This document shows, piece after piece, positions 1 to 12,719 of a stretch of DNA of 64,000 bases. The notes under the pieces are model-generated. The model worked only from the letters and a program-made list of their open reading frames with translations. It was not told the origin of the DNA and made no database searches. A program made the translations under genes and the position numbers. Origin of the DNA: Eledone cirrhosa (Eukaryota); the NCBI GenBank assembly GCA_964016885.1, contig OZ024744.1, forward strand, positions 87,792,001-87,856,000, in the 5' to 3' direction. Every line of letters begins with the position of its first letter. Position 1 is the stretch's first letter.

Positions 1-274
1 ATATATATATTCTCTCCATCTTAACATGATAACCATACTCCCACACACACATACACACACATAACACACACACACACACACACAATATATATATATATTC
101 TCTCCATCTTAACATGCTAACACATACACACACACTCCCTCCCCCATTTCTACCAATAGATTCATCTTCCTACACACACACACACACACACACAAGCACC
201 CAAATAAACATACATATATCTACTTTCTTTATATCAATAGAAAGTCTGAATTCTGACACCCCAGCGCACCAACC

Positions 275-622
275 TTATTCACTGAACCAGAACAATTCTC
301 CCCATCCCATTTTTCTTGACCATTATCTTTTGTTTGGCACAAAGTTCTCTAAATGACTACAAAATGAATTCCAAAATACGAGCGCGAAATTTAATGTACT
401 TGTTCACGTGACAGTTATAATTTCATTTATAACCAATCAAATTACATTTCAGCACATCAGTCATACTCAGAACAACTCTCTCCATCCGTTTTTTTCCCAT
501 TATCTTTTGTTTGGAACAAAATTCTCTAAATGGCTATAACAAATGCCAAAATACGGGCGCGAAATTTAATGTACTTGTTCACGTGACAGTCATAATTTCA
601 TTTATAACCAATCAAATTACAT
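275..622. repeat. Diverged ~175-bp tandem duplication
   Basis: GCGCGAAATTTAATGTACTTGTTCACGTGACAG...AACCAATCAAATTACATT occurs at ~383-449 and ~558-622, with a partial third copy at ~828-850. Confidence 0.75.
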
Positions 623-1040
623 TTATTTTAAAAAAAGCCTTCGTGAGCCACTTTTTTTTAAGTAAAAAGAAATTCAAACACAAACTGGTGCGGAAGCTGA
701 TGTGCTTATTCACGTGACTGCATCAAACAACCAAACTTCACTTATATATGAAGAAACAACCTGAGACCCCCTCCCCCTTCGTTTGAAGAACTTTGTAACG
801 CGAACTGGCGCGAAATTTATTATACTCATTCATCAACCAACCAAATTACTTCTCTAAAAACTGGCATCTCAATTCTACTTTTGAAAAGCAGAAGAACTGC
901 GAAATAGGTAAAGGAACCAAATAAATATATATTTTAAAAAAAAAGACTCCAGTTGCATTTTAGATTTCATCTTCTTTCCTTATACTTTCACTCGTGTAGG
1001 ACACCTTGGTTATTTTTCATTTTGTAAAAAAAAACCTCAC

Positions 1041-1107
<67 letters not shown>

Positions 1108-1149
1108 AAGATATTAAATAAATGGAAACTATATTTATAAAACCATATT

Positions 1150-1213
1150 TATTTTATTATATATATTTCAAGGGTACCAAGACAACATTGGTACGCTTTC
1201 ATCAGATAAAATA
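1150..1213 (-). ncRNA. Minimal type I hammerhead ribozyme
   Basis: Minus strand: UAUUUUAU-CUGAUGA-AAGcGUACCAA(uguuguc)UUGGUACcCUU-GAAA-UAUAUA-UA-AUAAAAUA. Stem I has 8 bp, stem II 10 bp, and stem III is palindromic. Confidence 0.88.
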
Positions 1214-1335
1214 CAAAGTTTGTTTTATATATAGAGACATACCCATGAAAATCATACCTTATGGGTTGGAAATTCACTGGATAGTGATAAGGTATGATTT
1301 TAATGGGTATGTCTCTATATATAAAACAAACTTTG

Positions 1336-1399
1336 TATTTTATCTGATGAAAGCGTAGCAATGTTGTCTTGGTACCTTTGAAATATATATAATAAAATA
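1336..1399 (+). ncRNA. Minimal type I hammerhead ribozyme
   Basis: Mirror copy of 1150-1213: CTGATGA 1344-1350, GAAA 1380-1383, stem I TATTTTAT/ATAAAATA. Confidence 0.86.
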
Positions 1400-1535
1400 A
1401 ATATGGTTTTATAAATATAGTTTCCATTTATTTAATATCATTGAATATTTACCCCAGTGCTTGTTGAGTGCTCTAAATCAGTTATAAACATTTATATTTG
1501 TCGGACTACCAACAAATTAAATAGCCCTTCTACTT

Positions 1536-1611
<76 letters not shown>

Positions 1612-1776
1612 GTGTGTGTGTAGTTGCTATTTAAGGTAACTTAAAATGCGGTGGGAATACGAAGAAAGGCAGAATAAGGAGGGAGGGGGACTTTTCCTCA
1701 TAAGTTGTCTACTGGGGTTCTAGGATATTTCTGCGTTTTAAAGACAAGATATGTATATATATATGTATATATATAT

Positions 1777-1854
<78 letters not shown>

Positions 1855-1859
1855 GGGTG

Positions 1860-3260
1860 TGTATGATTGTGTATAGAAGATTATATTAATAAAAGGAATT
1901 CCAACTTTGTTTGATTTACTCGTCTTATTTACAATCCTTTAAAATTATAATGATATTATAATGAAATAGTTTGGTAGAATATTAAATGTTAAGTGTTAAT
2001 TGTACAAGTACTTTCATGCTTTCGCAATCTTCAGGTTCATATTCTGTGCTGACAGTCAAGTTTGCAATTTTCAACTATGAGATGGGTAAAATCTGTGCCT
2101 TATATACAGTAAAAAGGGGCTACATAATGCTAAGTTTTGCAAACTGTATTTCGGCCAATCGGTGTGTAGTTTCATTGGATTACTAAAGATGATTGGTTTA
2201 GGCGTCAGGGTTGGTTGAGCATGTCTAACGACTTCTATTTGACCCTATCCAAAGCATCAATTATCTTGCTATTTTTAGAAATGATGAAAATAGCATTTTC
2301 TAGGGTTTTTATAAAAAATCTTCAGTAATCATCACCATCAACATCACTTTTATTATTATTATTATTGTTGTTGTTTTTAGTGGTGGTAGTCCACATGGTC
2401 GTAGGCGTAGTCATAGTAGGAGTAATACCCCTAAGCATTATTATTGTTCATTTAGCTTGGGTTGGAATTTATCAATAACATTCTTTTCTTAATTTTTCTC
2501 TTGATTTCACTTGGGCTGTGTAGTTTGTAGAATGGGAATATTATAAATATTTTCTGACCACATGCTGCTAGATGGTTATTCAGGGGTATCTGACGGACAT
2601 TTGGGTTTCTGATTTGTTGTCGGTGCACCCGTGCACGTTCCGATAGCGCATTTCCAGTTTGACCGACATATAGTTCTTCACAATTCGGGCATTTAAAGCA
2701 GTAAACTAGATTTCTGCTTTTGCAGTTCATATTTGCATTTGGGAATATTTTCTCAGTTTTTGTTTTCATATATTGATCGGCGTGTATAGATTGACATGTG
2801 CCACATCGACTATCATTGCATTTAGATACAGTGAATGATTGGTCTTTGTTGTTAAGGTCAAACTTTGCCTTTGTTAATAATCGCTTCAAATTTTTCGGCT
2901 GTCTTTCGGTCTGTGATTAAACCTTTTAATTCATTACTTTGAGCAATGATCGGCAGATTTGCTTTGGTAGTGTTGAAGATATTCTGGTGACATAGGTTGT
3001 GTGTCATTATAAATGGTATGACCAGTTCTTGGTTTCTTCTTCCTTGGGTTGTCCTAAGTTGTTCTATAGGTATTTTTATAGCCCGCTGTATACCATTTTC
3101 TATAAGTAGAGATGGGTATTTTTATTTGAGCAAACATTCTCTCAGTTCTGTTAGGCGTTTGTACCTGGTATTCGTATCTTCTACAATGGTACAAATTCTT
3201 CTGGCTAGGCAGTATGGGATGTTGCGTTTTGTATGAGGTGGATGGCACGACTTAAACACA
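1860..3260 (-). mobile_element. Penelope-like element remnant (RT thumb + Cys motif + GIY-YIG), Neptune-like
   Basis: ORF 2452-2889 contains KCNDSRCGTC...NCKSRNLVYCFKCPNCEELYVGQTGNALSERARVHR. Upstream frame reads SCHPPHTKRNIPYCLARRICTIV. Frameshifted and 5'-truncated; 3' boundary approximate. Confidence 0.88.
2001..2039 (-). ncRNA. Minimal type I hammerhead ribozyme in PLE 3' region
   Basis: Minus strand: UGAAC-CUGAAGA-uUGC(GAAA)GCAu-GAAA-GUAC-UU-GUACA. Palindromic AAGUACUU; one mismatch in stem I; downstream of the GIY-YIG ORF on the same strand. Confidence 0.7.
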
Positions 3261-3470
3261 CAGACACCCATCAATAGTCTTTTGACTATGGCACGGCTAT
3301 AGTGGTGATGTGGGGGAAGAAAACAGTGGTGATGACAATGATGATGATGATGACAACTGTGGTGGGAGAGAAAGCAGTGATCCATTGCTAGCGGTTGATG
3401 TGGCAGAAGATGGTGACGGTGGTGATGGTGATGGCAATAATGATGGAAGAGTGAGTGGTTGAGGGATACA

Positions 3471-3520
3471 GCTTTCCTGATGATTTCCTCCGAATGAAAC
3501 AGTTCCAGTCCTGTAGAAGC
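3471..3520 (+). ncRNA. Type I hammerhead ribozyme (family E)
   Basis: GCUUUC-CUGAUGA-uUUC(cucc)GAAu-GAAA-CAG(uuccaguc)CUG-UA-GAAGC; related copies at ~17594 and 42402. Confidence 0.7.
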
Positions 3521-3602
3521 CATTTCTATATTAAATATTTATACTCTGTTATGTATTGAGTTACCCCCGATTGAACTCGTGATACATACACACACACATA
3601 TA

Positions 3603-3679
<77 letters not shown>

Positions 3680-4059
3680 ATATGTATGTGTGTGTGCGTG
3701 TGTGTATGTGTGTATGTGTGTATGTGTGCGTGTGTGTGTGTACATGTGTGTGTGTGTAAATATGTATATATATATATATATATAATTCAATACATATTTG
3801 CATTGATTATTTATTTAAAACTACACTCTTTTGCTCTTTAGAGAAATGACCAAGTATACAACATATACTCACACACATATACGCCCATAATTCACACACA
3901 CACACTTCTATATATATTATAGATGCAAATATATATATTATCACTCTCTCTCTCTCTTTCTTCTCTTTCTCTCTCTCACCTTCTCTCCCTGCTCTCTTCC
4001 TCTCTCTCACCCTCTCTCCCTGCTCTCTTTCTCTCTCTCTCTTTGTACACACACACACA

Positions 4060-4096
<37 letters not shown>

Positions 4097-5582
4097 CGCA
4101 TACAAACAAACAGAAATACTTGTTCACTTGAATATTTTTCTGGTGGTTTTGCTCTTGTGGGAAATATAAATATTCTGGTATCATCTATGGCAGTCGTTTA
4201 CAAGAATCTCTAAAACACGATTTCAGAACGCATGTTCTTTTTATCGCGTTAGTACTCTTAACTAAAAAAAGCGTCTCCTTAGAACTGGTACCGTGGTGTC
4301 CTAGTTGCTATAGACGTTCTGAGAATACATACATTACAATATATAATTTAATATAAAAAAGAGAGACAAACACAGATATATACATATATGCGTTCAAATC
4401 ATAAGGTATCTAACCCGCTAGGGTTTGTCTCTCTTTATTATATGAAATTATATCATATGGCTGGGAAATATTTTTTTTCCTTGAGCTATTTTAATTATAA
4501 GGGACTATTGTGAGTTTTTAACTCAATATATACTTTTGATAATACATTACAATATAGAGCTTTTTCTCATATCAAGCAAATCTATGATCAACGATGTTTC
4601 AGCCTTGACCCTGTCTATTTCCTTTATTTTTGTATGTTTAATCTAGGGTTTACAATTCTTCCTTCATTTTAAGACAGTTGATTGGGAGTTGGCAACTTAG
4701 CACTTATTTCCGGTAGACCATCTGCTCTCGGAAAGCTTTCTCTCGTTGTTCCGTAAGCCTATAAAAGAAAAGACTGATCGGAAGGCGTTTTGAAATTCAA
4801 TATAAAGCAATATGTACAATACTTTAACGCAAGAGTCCCCACATGAGATGAATATCGTAAACACAATTCGTGAACCCTCCCATTATATGTCGAATTACGC
4901 TTTCTTATTAAACAAAGGAAGTTGCCTCTTTAACACGTTTTTGTTGTCAATGAGAAGAGTAGGATTCTAAATAGGCTGTGAGTAACAAACATATTTGCTA
5001 AACTTTCACAGACCACTCCATGTGACCAGTATTTATAGGAGAAACGGGATTTGACTTCATCTGGATGGTTAAAGTGTCTATGCATCGTTTTCTCCAACAT
5101 GAGTCGAGGTGAGTGTGAGTGTTGTTTTGGAATGATCTGATGCTCGATTAAATTAAAACGCTCCATTCAAATATTCAACCAACATAAATATTCGGTTCCT
5201 TTTTTTTAAACCTTTCTCTTACTTCCTCTTTAATCCTAGAACTAAAAAAAGCCAGTTAAGTTTAAAAGATATCTTATCAAAATCAAGAATACTCTCAGAA
5301 ATCAAAATACAACACTTAAATGATACAAGGAAAACGCAAGTAATGAACAGAAAACAAACTACTAAATAATATTGAGAACGCAAATCACGAAAATATGCCT
5401 AATACGTTAAAAAGAAAGAAATTTACAAAACACCTTAGAATTACAAAATACTCACAAAATACCGACCAAAATATCCATCTCAGAACAAAACAAGTAAAAA
5501 GGTACTCTGATGAAGATTTTAAAATAGTAAGTAATACATTTGGACATCAGTAACATGATTGTCTAAAGCTGGAAATAATTAA

Positions 5583-5768
5583 AATAATTGTTTCTACTTT
5601 TGGCACAAGGCCAGCAATTACCCAGTGTATTACTGGTACTTTATTTTATCGACCCCGTAAGGATGAAAGGCAAAGTTAACCTCGGCGGGATTTGAACTCA
5701 GAATGGCAAGGGCCGTAACTCAATGCGTCAAAGCATGGTGTCCGACCCTCAACCGATACTGCCAATCC
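5583..5768 (-). mobile_element. tRNA-derived SINE (dominant family)
   Basis: Reverse complement of GGATTGGCAGTATCGGT...GAGTTCAAATCCCGCC (B-box-like)...GCCTTTCATCCTTACGGGGTCGATAAAATAAAGTACCAG...AGAAACAATT. Confidence 0.85.
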
Positions 5769-6348
5769 TTTTCATATACACAAAAGAAAACACCTCCCGA
5801 TGATAAAATTAGTAATAGATTGTTGTCAAGAATAAAAATGCAAATCTCAACTCAACATTACAGACACAGATATCAATAAAATCAAATTAAACAAAATAAT
5901 ATAAACCACCACCACTCTCGTTACAAAGTAAAGTGTAATGTCTTTCTCATATACTCTTATGGAGATATTAAAATCCAAGCATATGACATGGAAAAGTAAC
6001 ACTGAGAAAAACGAGAAGAAAATATTATTAGCTTTGGTGAAATCAGAAAAGGAACGACAGTTACGGAAACATGGTAGACGCGGAAAATAATACAGAAATA
6101 TAACATGACAAATAACAATTACCCGAAAGAAAACACACCTGAAATAAGAGGTCTTCACTAATTCGCAAAACACGCGTCAGTTTACAAATGCATGAAAAAC
6201 ACAAAGAGAAATAAAAGCATTTTAGAAGGATATAGGCAACGAATGAATCACCACGGACATATTTGTTCAAAATAACGAACACAAGCGTTGGAAACTAAAG
6301 AAGAAACATAAAGGCTACAAAATAATAATAATAATAATAATAATAAAA

Positions 6349-7575
6349 ATTTCTTTATTGGTCGCAAGGGCTGGTATCAAGAAAAAACATTACAGACGGC
6401 ACAGGACGGTACAGGACGGTATGATGTGGGTTTTGTGCGTGTAAAGATTTATATTATTTATATAAGAAAAGAAAAAAAAAAGACATAGAAACATATATAT
6501 ATATAAACAATAAGAATGAAAATTGAATCAATGAAACATTTCCCAATAGGGGGGAAACCTCCGAGGGTTCCTCGTGGTGAAAACCACACAAAAGACCAAG
6601 GCCACCCTGACCACCAGGGCAAGCACCCTCTCTCAATTTTTCCATCACTCAAACTACAGGCGTACATTCAGAGCGGTCCCGTTCACTCGGACCATTCTCG
6701 CTACATTCACCCACCTTTCAACAAACTTGCTAAAAGGCAGCACTTGCCTCTCCACTCTGATTTTCCTCTTCAAATGAAACTTGAAAAAGTTAATTAGGGA
6801 TTCGCCGAAGAGGAAAGTATCTGTCTTTAACCCTTTCAACCTTGTCCACCACACAATCTCTTTCGCCATGGCCATCAGGCAGATGAAAACTGCCTGCCCT
6901 TCCTACTCGAAGGAAGACGGCGAGACCATCTGCACAAAGGACTCAGTCGATAGCCGGATCAGTCCTACACGCGACAGCAACTGTTCGATATAGCTCCACA
7001 TGTCAGCAATGCTCGGGCACTGAACGAGTGCGTGCAGGACGGTTTCGTCGCTCTGCGCGCATCTCGGACAGTTTCGGCTGACGGCACTTCCGTGCCTGTA
7101 GAGCTTATCTCGAACCGGCAACGCTCCCCGGTAGCACTACCAGGCCAGGGATTTTTGGAAGTTATCCATAGGGCCTGGGCTGAAAGTTCTCCGAAAGTGA
7201 GCAAACAGCTGATCTTCTTCGACGCCAAGGATCTCTCAGAGAACGTCGTCGCTCTTCCTCTCCACTAGACCTCTATAGAACGCCGAGGTGGATGTTCCAC
7301 CGATACTGGTGCCCAGCTGGCAGAGGGCAGTGTGCGGCAGGAGACATTCAAGTTTCCAAGCACTATCTCTTGGTCTTTTCCTGACCCAGGACTGCAGTTC
7401 CGTCAGTGAGACGAGCTGTGGGAAAACGTCTCTTGCGAATGGCGACCACACCTGTTCACCGTCAAGGAAGCAGCAGAGATGTCGCAGCCTCAACGCATGT
7501 TTGCGCATCATCAGCCATGGCATGCCCAGTCCTCCACGCAACGGGTGTTGACAGCAGATGGATCGTCTGACCATG
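6349..7575 (-). mobile_element. Tx1/L1-like LINE, 5'-truncated
   Basis: ORF2 C-terminal remnants HPLRGGLGMP and CPRCAQSDETVLHALVQCP (zinc-knuckle-like); 3' end runs into (TTA)n. Confidence 0.85.
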
Positions 7576-7608
7576 GGAGTAAGTCACTTCCACAAAAATA
7601 ATAATAAT

Positions 7609-9702
7609 GATGATTTCATTTAGGGGACATGTATGGGGACAATACAAAGACAGGGACAGTGGGGGTTTACATTAAAGTCGAGTATAAGTGCACAAGGGCA
7701 AGACTAATTTAACAATGAAGATATGCAAATATAAAATAAACTATGTATAAATATAAAAATATAAATAAATTCCCCTATCGAGGGTGGACGACCCAGGGGT
7801 GACTCACGTACCCCACCAGTCCTGAACCACCCTGGGCTTCTAGGGCACCCAGGGAGAGCACCCCTCTCCTCAAATTAATTAGCCTATAGGCGCATGGTCA
7901 GAGTAGGCCCATTCATACGGGCCATTCTCGCCACCTTCATCCACCTTTTAGCAAATGTACTGGGGGTGGGTGGGGGGGACTTCTCTCCACCCTCACCTTC
8001 CTTTCCAGGTGAAACTTGATGAAGTTGATGAGGGATTGGCCGAATAGAAATGTGTCTGTCTTCAGTCCTTTTAATCTGGTCCACCATATAACCTCTTTCG
8101 CAACTGCCACCAGACAGAGGAAAATTGCCTGCTCTTCCGGACCTAAGGAAGGCGGCGGGTCAAACTTCACTATGGACTCGGCCGATAGCCGGATTCGTTC
8201 CACACGCAACAGTAGCTGTTCGACATAACTCCACAAGTCAGAAATGCACGGACATTGGACAAGTGCGTGCAGAACGGTTTCGTCATTCTGTGCGGGTCTT
8301 GGGCATGTCCATCTGACCACTTCCGTGCCTGTAGAGTTTATCCCGAACCGACAGTGCCCCCCGGTAGCATTGCCAAGCGAGGGATCTCTGGAAATTGTCC
8401 ATCGTCCCTGGCTCGAAAGTCCTCCGGTACAGACTGGTCAATTTGACTTCATCGAGGCCCAAAGCTTCTCCGAGTGCGTCATCGCACTTGCCCACCATTA
8501 ATCCTCTATAGAACTGGAGAGTGGAAGTTCTGCTGATCGCATTGCCCGCTTGATAGAGGGCAGTGAGTGCCTGGCAACATTCCAGGTGCGAGTCACCCAG
8601 TCTCGGTCTCTTCTTGACCAAGGACTGCAGCTCAGTCAAAGAAACGAGCCGTGGAATGGCCCGTCTGATAAACGGCGACCACAACTTTCACCGTTTAGGC
8701 AGAATATATGGAGATATCGCAGCCTTAGCGCATGTCTGCGCATCAATAGCCACGGCATGACCAGCCCTCCGCGTAGAGGGTGCTGGCAGCAGATGGACCG
8801 CCTCGCCAAAGGAACCCTCCACAAGAATTTGAAGAGGAGCCGTTCCAATTTGACGAGGCGCGGACAGGGGCAAGGCACGACGATCAGGCGGTAGCAGATG
8901 ACGGACGCGATGTACGCATTCGCCACCTCCGCGCGACCTTTCAGTAATATGTTCATCGCAGCCCATTTTTGGATGAGACTGGCTACCCTGCTCGTTACCA
9001 ATTCTTATCCACCTGGAGGTCTGGCCCTAACCAAACCCCGAGAAACTTTACCGGTCCGCCCGTCCATCGCCCAACGACGCTGTTGGACGCCATGGACTTA
9101 TCTCTCCAGGTGCCGAGTTGCAATCCCACCGACTTCCGTGTTAAGTTTGGCTCCTGTCAACCTTTCATATTCCTTCAATAAGGTGCCAACCACCTCGATT
9201 TCTGAGGTGTTCGACACCATCACGGTGATGTCGTCCGCATAAGTCGACACCGCCTTTCATGTCCTTGTTCCAGCGGGATGCCCTGCAATAGCTCAAGCTT
9301 CTGCAGTAAAGGCTCGAGAGTCAATACGTACAGAAGGGAAGAGAGAGGGCCCCCTTGACGTACCGATCGGGAGAGCCGAAATGGTTCCGAGAGGTGGCCA
9401 TTAACCTTGACCACCGAGCAGGTGCCGCTGTGCATTGAACCGATCCAGGTTCTGAAGACAGGGTCGAAGCCAGCCGCTTTGAGGACAAACTCCAGATACC
9501 GATGGTCGACCCTATCGAATGCTTTCGATTGATCTAAATTGATCAGTGCCCCACCGAAACCAGGATTATACCCAACCCTCTCTATGATGTATCGCATGAG
9601 GTGGAAATTGTCATGTATGAACCTGGCTGGGATTGCATAAGTTTGCGCGTCCACAACCAAATCCTCGACGACAAGAGCCAATCTCTTTGCTAACACCTTG
9701 GC
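7609..9702 (-). mobile_element. Tx1/L1-like LINE, 5'-truncated within RT
   Basis: RT motifs LINLDQSKAFDRVDH, SVRQGGPLS and YADD (frameshifted). Flanked by direct repeat CAAAAATAATAATAAT (7593-7608 / 9703-9718), a probable TSD. Confidence 0.9.
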
Positions 9703-9719
9703 CAAAAATAATAATAATA

Positions 9720-10074
9720 AGATGTAATCTGCCCATTTGAAAAGAGAGTGCATGAAAAGGAGAGGGAGAAAATTAACCTATACCAGGATTTAAAGTGGGA
9801 GGTAAAAAGGATTTGGAACTGCCATGAAATCAAGGTCGTTCCGATAGTTATAGGCGCACTAGGTACTATCTCAAAGAGTTTCCAAGGATGGTTAAAGAAG
9901 ATTAGTCCAGCCCCGTCTTTTGGAACACTTCAAAAGGCATGCTTGCTGGGAACAGCAAGAATCCTCCGATATGTCCTGAATGTCTGAGGCTGCAGGTAGC
10001 GGCTTGATATTCATTTCAACAAACTTTCCAGTTAACTAACATCAATGACTGAGACTCAAAGAACAATAATAATC

Positions 10075-10122
<48 letters not shown>
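9720..10122 (+). mobile_element. RLE non-LTR retrotransposon 3' end (Dong/R4-like)
   Basis: EKINLYQDLKWEVKRIWNC..VVPIVIGALGT..LQKACLLGTARILR, then a (TAA)n tail. Confidence 0.85.
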
Positions 10123-10124
<2 letters not shown>

Positions 10125-10304
10125 TGTTTCTACTTTTGGCACAAAGCCAGCAATTATCCCAGTGTATTACTGGTACTTTATTTTATCGACCCCGTAAGGA
10201 TGAAAGGCAAAGTTAACCTCGGCGGGATTTATCTCAGAACATAAACGGCCGTAACTCTTTGCTATAAAGCATGGCGTCCGACCCTCTACCGATACTGCCA
10301 TTCC
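10122..10304 (-). mobile_element. SINE (dominant family)
   Basis: Full-length match to the 5583-5768 family. Confidence 0.85.
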
Positions 10305-10330
10305 AAATAATAATAATAATAATAATAATA

Positions 10331-10359
<29 letters not shown>

Positions 10360-10365
<6 letters not shown>

Positions 10366-10455
10366 ATTTATTGGCCACAAGGGCCGACATATAGGGGACA
10401 ACACAAAGACACGAACAGTGGGGTTTACAATAAGCTCGAGTAAAAGTGCACGCCA
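10360..10455 (-). mobile_element. Tx1-like LINE 3' UTR fragment
   Basis: Similar to 7610-7695 (GGGGACAA.ACAAAGAC...GGGGTTTACA...AAGTGCAC). Confidence 0.65.
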
Positions 10456-10576
10456 TATTTAGGTCTTTGGCGTTTGGAATTGTTGGTTGATTTGACATGA
10501 TTTTGAAAGACAGAGCAAGGAAATAAAAACAAAATCGCCAAAAAAACAGAGGAATAAAGCCAACAGCATCAGCAGC

Positions 10577-10638
<62 letters not shown>

Positions 10639-10968
10639 AACAGGAACAACAACAAAGCAAATCTTTCTTTCTATGTTCTATTATTTTCGTTTTTGTTGCA
10701 GACACATTTGCTGCGACTGTTGTTGTTGATGTCGTTGTAGTCGTTGTTATTGTTCATAATATTTAGTGGTACTTTGTTTAATCCACGGAACAATAATAAT
10801 AACAACAATAGTGTTTATGACATACATATACATTAATATGCATTCACACATACTCACATACATACATACATACATACATACATACATACATACATACATA
10901 CATACATACATACATACATACACACATACATTCATACATACATACATACATACACACTCGTGCATCAG

Positions 10969-11042
<74 letters not shown>

Positions 11043-11046
<4 letters not shown>

Positions 11047-11234
11047 AAAAGATATGACCCCGACGGCAGAGCTCAAGCCGTTTCGACGGCTATTTCAGGA
11101 CTGAAATAGCCGTCGAAACGGCTTGAGCTCTGCCGTCGGGGTCATACCTTTCCCTATTACCCAATTTTACTACCCTAAGTATTGAGTACTCTGGTGCGTT
11201 ATGGTCCACCTGGTTCCTTACCACACTTCCTTCG

Positions 11235-11236
<2 letters not shown>
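11043..11236 (+). mobile_element. Hairpin-plus-tail element (family B)
   Basis: Near-perfect 114-nt palindrome 11043-11156, then tail ATTGAGTACTCTGGTGCGTTATGGTCCACC; flanked by (TA)n. Confidence 0.7.
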
Positions 11237-11270
<34 letters not shown>

Positions 11271-11338
11271 GTCTGTCTGTCTATCTGTCTCTCTTCCCTC
11301 TTCTTTCTCTCTCTCCCCCTCTCTCTCTCTCTATCCCC

Positions 11339-11414
<76 letters not shown>

Positions 11415-11784
11415 ATGTGTGTGCGTGTGTGTGTGTGCATTTGGCGTGCGCTCACGCATGTGTGTGTGTGTGTGTGTATGAGTTTATGTGTGCATAAGAG
11501 TCATATGTGATATAAGAGTCATATTTCTTGCAAGCGGATCAAAGCTGTTAGGGATGTATTTATGCATTTGACAGACAATGAAATGAGAATGTTTTGATCG
11601 TACAGATGGTGTTGGTGGTGGTGGAGGAGGTCATGAGTTCGATGGAGTTCAGTTCATATTGGTTTGGTGGTTTTGGTGATGGTGGCGCCACCTATGTTTC
11701 TACAGGACAGCGATTGTTGTTATTAGAGTGGTTGTTGTTATTAAGTTATCAGTGCTCATTGGTTAACTTAGTTCGGTCTTTGAC

Positions 11785-12496
<712 letters not shown>

Positions 12497-12719
12497 CTAA
12501 TTGTGCCGATGAACGATTATAATGGTGATGGTAATGATGGCGGGGTGTATGGGAGGAGGAGGAGGAGTGGGAGGAAGAGGAGGAGGAGGAGGAGGATGAT
12601 GATGATGATGATGATGATGAGGAGGAGGAGGAGGAGGAGTATAATTACAATGGTGCGTATGATGTCGATGTAAAGAATTATGTTTGACACTAATACTATA
12701 GAAAATTATGAAAATGATA

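Larger units (their letters stand above)
1110..1540. mobile_element. Palindromic non-coding element with twin hammerheads (family A, PLE-like)
   Basis: 153-bp inverted arms 1110-1262 and 1287-1439 (~3 mismatches), 24-nt spacer, extra tail 1440-1540, (TA)n on both sides. Confidence 0.8.

Noticed and set aside
1122-1427. Twin opposite-strand ORFs METIFIKPY...
   Set aside because: A by-product of the palindrome; the RNA structure explains the conservation.
5508-5580. CTGATGA motif
   Set aside because: No stem I or II pairing; the same applies to hits near 15441, 22294, 37936, 39484, 44605 and inside LINE ORFs.
11095-11135. Possible hammerhead in the family B hairpin (CTGAAA-tAGCCGT..ACGGCTt-GAGC)
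   Set aside because: Both core boxes deviate and there is no stem I or III.
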